From positions 251,853 through 315,852 of the IMG/VR virus record IMGVR_UViG_3300032245_001860: 64,000 nucleotides of DNA; one strand, given 5' to 3'. The position numbers and the translations under genes were made by a program. Under the pieces are notes generated by a model that saw nothing but the letters and a program-made list of their open reading frames with translations, was not told where the DNA came from and made no database searches. Of this stretch, positions 60,469 through 64,000 are shown piece after piece. Every line of letters starts with the position of its first letter. Position 1 is the stretch's first letter.

Positions 60469-61096
60469 CAGAATCCTCTTCTGACATTGTATCACTTATT
60501 TCAAAAAAATCAAATATACTAAAACTATCTTCCCATTTGACAATTGATTTTTCAGCTGACTTCCATTCACTTTCATAATCTGGTTCAGGTTGTGGTCTCT
60601 TTATCTCATCTGCTAAATGTTTGATATCATCCCAATTTAAATCGTTGACCCAAGAAAGAAATTCTTCATCATTCTTTAGTAAATCATCATCAAAGTTAAT
60701 AGCAAAATCAGAATCTGGTGTGGTTCTTATTGCTATTAAATCTAATATTTTTATGATCCATCTGCTACCGTCTGAAAATCCAAATTCTACATCTCTTGAA
60801 AGCGGTTCATTTCTTTTTTCATGAAATGTTTTGAATTCTTCAACCCAAGTTCCAAAAAGATCTATAAAAACTTCATCATTCTTGGCTTTTTCAAATAAAA
60901 AACTTTTTATCTCTGATTTAGTAATTCCAAAAATAATGTCATAATTGTCAGTTTCTTCTATGGCAGTATTTCTTGAAAGATATTGATGAGTCATAGATGT
61001 AAGTAAAGTTTCAGTTTCTAATTCAAAAATTGAACTTCCTAACTTAACTTCAAAATAATCAGGTAAAACTCTACTCAGACTTGTTTGTGTCGTCAT
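60449..61096 (-). CDS. Hypothetical acidic protein
   Basis: 215-aa ORF in operon. Confidence 0.65.
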   Translation of the reverse strand: MTTQTSLSRVLPDYFEVKLGSSIFELETETLLTSMTHQYLSRNTAIEETDNYDIIFGITKSEIKSFLFEKAKNDEVFIDLFGTWVEEFKTFHEKRNEPLSRDVEFGFSDGSRWIIKILDLIAIRTTPDSDFAINFDDDLLKNDEEFLSWVNDLNWDDIKHLADEIKRPQPEPDYESEWKSAEKSIVKWEDSFSIFDFFEISDTMSEEDSDDDRSI

Positions 61097-61397
61097 CTTT
61101 TAGTGCTTCTTCAATCTTGTATGGATCAACAAAATACATTTGTTGATATACTTCTGTATCATCATGCTGCAACATTTTAACTCTGCCCAATCTTTGCCCA
61201 ATATCTTTTAGAAATCTTTGAGGTTTTCTTCTGTTGATTTTAATCTTTGGTTTCCAATCAAGTTTTCCATCACAGAAAAAACCAGTCCAGATAGTTACAT
61301 CATTAGAGTCGCTAATTAGTTGCCAACCAGCTAAAAGTTCTTCTATTGCAACTGCTTGAGCTTTAGTCAAATTATCAATTGAAATATTTACTTTCAT
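61071..61397 (-). CDS. Hypothetical protein
   Basis: Start moved to MKVNI. Confidence 0.6.
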   Translation of the reverse strand: MKVNISIDNLTKAQAVAIEELLAGWQLISDSNDVTIWTGFFCDGKLDWKPKIKINRRKPQRFLKDIGQRLGRVKMLQHDDTEVYQQMYFVDPYKIEEALKDDDTNKSE

Positions 61398-61416
61398 GAT
61401 GATTTTATACAAATAT

Positions 61417-62601
61417 TTAATTATCTTCAAATAATCTTCCAGGATCTCCAAAGGAAATTCTGTCTGGTAAATTGTATTTTTGCTGATAAATATAATCTGA
61501 ATTCCAATTCAAATCAAACAATTGCAAGTTCATATCTTCAATTTTTATAGTTCTTGTAAATCTAACACCTACTAATAATGGAATAGCTTTAAGTTCAAGT
61601 TCAGGCATAGAATTCCATAAACCTAAAGCTATTTTTGTCCAGAACTTAAAATCACAAGAAGCAATTGTAATTGGTGAAGAAACTTTGAATGTTTTTCTTC
61701 TTTTTGTTTCAGTGTTGCGCCAAGACATATAAATAGTAATTCTTTTTGCACCAACTCTATGTTTTTGCAATCTGTCTATAGCTTTGTAAAGTAATGATTC
61801 AAATACCTCAAAAGCTCCTAAATCATCTCTTTTGCTGGGTGGTAAAACATGTGTATGGCCAAAAGACTTAGGTATTTCATTGTTAGATAAGCCATAATCA
61901 CATTGCAAAGAGCCACGAATCATATGCCACCACCGAGCACCTATGATACTGCCCCAAGCCTTCTTAAGTTTAAGTTCATCAATGTTATATAAATCTTCAA
62001 CAGTCTTGATATATGATTTATTTAATCTGGCTTCCATTCTTTCAGCTATGCCAGGAAGATCAGTAAGTTCAAGTTGTTTTATTTTATTTTCAGCATCTTT
62101 GCCATAATAAGTAAAACCATTTGGCTTATTCATATCTGCTGCAACTTTTGCTAAAAACACATTTCTTGCAACACCAATGGAGCAAGTAATAGTTTCTCCA
62201 ATTGCATCCATCAAATCAAGTTTCAATAAACCAGCTAATATCTCACAATCAAAATCATCTTCTTCATTTATATGACAAGACATTTCATCTATTGAAAGCA
62301 CTTGTATCTTAGTAAAATGTTTACTTAAAACTTCTAATATTTGATTGTGTATTTCAACATATCTTTTAGGTCTGGCCTCACAAACAATGATTCCAGGGAT
62401 TTTTTCTTTTGCGACACTAACTCTTGTGCCAGTCTTTACTCCTAACCTTTTTGCCTGATAAGAAGCAGCAATGGCACAAGTGTAGTCTGAAATACAAGGC
62501 ACAACTATCAAAGGTTTGTTTCTATATTCTTTGTTGTCTTGTTGCTCTACTGAAGCGTAAAAAGAATCAAAGTCTATAAATAATCTTCTATATAATGCCA
62601 T
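61417..62601 (-). CDS. dinB: Y-family DNA polymerase (DinB/UmuC-like)
   Basis: IDFDSFYASVEQ, AASYQAK..GVK, SIDE, SIGVA.N.FLAK. Confidence 0.92.
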   Translation of the reverse strand: MALYRRLFIDFDSFYASVEQQDNKEYRNKPLIVVPCISDYTCAIAASYQAKRLGVKTGTRVSVAKEKIPGIIVCEARPKRYVEIHNQILEVLSKHFTKIQVLSIDEMSCHINEEDDFDCEILAGLLKLDLMDAIGETITCSIGVARNVFLAKVAADMNKPNGFTYYGKDAENKIKQLELTDLPGIAERMEARLNKSYIKTVEDLYNIDELKLKKAWGSIIGARWWHMIRGSLQCDYGLSNNEIPKSFGHTHVLPPSKRDDLGAFEVFESLLYKAIDRLQKHRVGAKRITIYMSWRNTETKRRKTFKVSSPITIASCDFKFWTKIALGLWNSMPELELKAIPLLVGVRFTRTIKIEDMNLQLFDLNWNSDYIYQQKYNLPDRISFGDPGRLFEDN

Positions 62602-62612
62602 AAAGCATTATA

Positions 62613-62981
62613 TTAGATTTCTGATTCATCTGCCATGAAAACAATTGCCATTTTATTATCTATCATTTCCCTGTTAAGATTTACCCATTTGTCATCAACT
62701 TTGTAATTAACTTTACCAAGCCATCTTCCAAACTTTTCTTTTTTATCCATGATAGTTTCAATGACAATATTTTTATCAAGAATTCGTTCTGATACATATA
62801 CTTGAGATGCTTTACCAGCTTCTTCAGATTCTCCATGTAGCTCTGGTGCATTAATTCCAAAAAATCTGAACTTTTGATCATTAAGCGTAATTCCAAAGCC
62901 TAAATCAATGTCACATGTAATTGTATCTCCATCGTGAACTTCTTTTACTTTTGCGCTGTAATGATATTTTAAATTTTCCAT
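62613..62981 (-). CDS. Thermonuclease (SNase) family protein
   Basis: DGDTI..DIDLGF, RFFGINAPE, KFGRWL. Confidence 0.88.
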   Translation of the reverse strand: MENLKYHYSAKVKEVHDGDTITCDIDLGFGITLNDQKFRFFGINAPELHGESEEAGKASQVYVSERILDKNIVIETIMDKKEKFGRWLGKVNYKVDDKWVNLNREMIDNKMAIVFMADESEI

Positions 62982-62996
62982 AATAATCTCCTAAAT

Positions 62997-63023
62997 GAAA
63001 AGCCCTTCTTTGCAGAAGGGCTT
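62997..63023 (-). terminator. Intrinsic terminator
   Basis: AAGCCCTTCT-4nt-AGAAGGGCTT followed by TT on the minus strand. Confidence 0.75.
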
Positions 63024-63033
63024 AGGTAAAAAT

Positions 63034-63183
63034 TTACATGACGGGTGGGGTTGGTGGCTTGGGAACTTGATCACAGGCAATCTTCAATGTTGCAACGACA
63101 GCATATACAAATACTGCAAACGCTACATATTTGACCACTGGACCAATCTTGCTCTTCATGTCCTTTGGGTCGTATGTTCCCAT
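63034..63183 (-). CDS. 49-aa single-pass membrane peptide (absent from the ORF track)
   Basis: AAAGGAGG RBS; MGTYDPKDMKSKIGPVVKYVAFAVFVYAVVATLKIACDQVPKPPTPPVM; followed by a terminator. Confidence 0.7.
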   Translation of the reverse strand: MGTYDPKDMKSKIGPVVKYVAFAVFVYAVVATLKIACDQVPKPPTPPVM

Positions 63184-63225
63184 TTTTTCCTCCTTTCATG
63201 TAGATATTTACCTATTACAGATTAC

Positions 63226-64000
63226 TTAGAACATTCCTTCGCTTACGAGAACTTTCTCATTTGCTACAGGCTTTTCAACAATTAATGTTTCTGTTGTTAA
63301 AACTAAACCTGCAATAGAAGCTGCATTTTGAATTGCTGATCTTGTTACCTTAGCCGGATCAATAATTCCGCTTTCAATCATGTTTACATACTTACCAGTA
63401 CGTGCGTCTAAGCCTTCACCATTTGACTTATTATTTACAGTGTCAACTACAACATCTGCACTAATACCAGCATTAAAAGCTATCTGTCTGATTGGTTCTT
63501 GCAAAGCTCTTTTTACAATATCAAATCCAACTTTTTCATCTTCCTCAATCAGATTGTTTTCTAATGCTTGAGAAATATGAAGTAAGGTCGTACCACCTCC
63601 AGGAACAATACCCTCTTCAACTGCAGCTCTGGTAGCAGCTAAAGCATCTTCATATCGATACTTCTTTTCAATGAGCTCTGCTTCAGTGCTTGCTCCAACC
63701 TTGATTACAGCCACTCCACCTGAAAGTTTTGCAATTCTTTCATTAAGCACTTTAGCTTCATAATCACTTTCTACTTGAGACAATGTAGCTTTTACTTGAA
63801 GAATGCGATCTTCAATAGCTTCTTCCTTGCCATAGCCTTCAATGATTGTTGTTGATTCTTTGCTTACAATGATAGACTTGCAGCTTCCAAGGTGATCAAT
63901 ATTTGCATTTGAAAGATCAATACCCATTTCAGCAGAAACTACAGTTCCTCCAGTCAATGCTGCAATATCATATAAATAATCTTTCTTTTGATTGCTAAAA
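63226..64000 (-). CDS. groEL: Chaperonin GroEL, C-terminal part (5' end outside window)
   Basis: ERIAKLSGGVAVIKVGA, EDALAATRAAVEEGIVPGGG, GIIDPAKVTRSA. Confidence 0.96.
   Translation of the reverse strand, partial: FSNQKKDYLYDIAALTGGTVVSAEMGIDLSNANIDHLGSCKSIIVSKESTTIIEGYGKEEAIEDRILQVKATLSQVESDYEAKVLNERIAKLSGGVAVIKVGASTEAELIEKKYRYEDALAATRAAVEEGIVPGGGTTLLHISQALENNLIEEDEKVGFDIVKRALQEPIRQIAFNAGISADVVVDTVNNKSNGEGLDARTGKYVNMIESGIIDPAKVTRSAIQNAASIAGLVLTTETLIVEKPVANEKVLVSEGMF

Noticed and set aside
62995-63285. 96-aa + strand ORF from the track
   Set aside because: Spans a terminator and overlaps the groEL end; the minus-strand 49-aa ORF has much better signals
1-64000. CRISPR array
   Set aside because: No identical 25-45 bp repeats with unique spacers; all repeats are in-frame coding modules
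1-64000. Stop-codon reassignment as in some large phages
   Set aside because: Conserved genes are full length in the standard code, and TAA, TAG and TGA all terminate genes
35507-64000. Cellular chromosome origin (sod, trx, groEL, dinB)
   Set aside because: These genes are interleaved with phage-type hypothetical genes and an endolysin, and adjoin a 35-kb tail block; no integrase or att boundary seen

Overview
AT-rich segment of a large (jumbo-type) tailed bacteriophage genome, read in the standard genetic code. Family names below come from motif recognition, not database searches. Bases 1-35.5 kb are one co-oriented + strand virion block: very long Gly/Ser/Thr/Ala-rich tail-fibre proteins built from shared modules, plus 12 LamG/ConA-like lectin genes (13 domains) in two tandem arrays. 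Bases 35.5-64 kb are a mixed-strand accessory region. It encodes a nitrilase-family enzyme, a DUF2997/DUF1257 pair, two exported secretin-N-domain proteins, SOD, a Dps-like protein, IscA, thioredoxin, six DUF3431-like paralogues with a sugar methyltransferase and a GT-A-like protein, a GH108 endolysin, an HNH nuclease, an EcoRI-like endonuclease with a Dam-class methyltransferase, a RyR-repeat protein, a sigma factor, an HhH glycosylase, a Y-family polymerase, a thermonuclease and the 3' part of groEL. The main highlights are: (1) a ~760-nt structured ncRNA candidate on the minus strand, bounded by a consensus sigma70 promoter and a terminator (GOLLD/ROOL size class); (2) otherwise unrelated proteins sharing a helical 'LA..LD..G....AD' leader and K/R-x-A sites, a candidate capsid-cargo targeting system; (3) an intein in one of these hypothetical proteins; (4) the lectin cassette arrays; (5) the DUF3431 expansion; (6) barrel-less secretin fragments; (7) two distinct recurring promoter classes.
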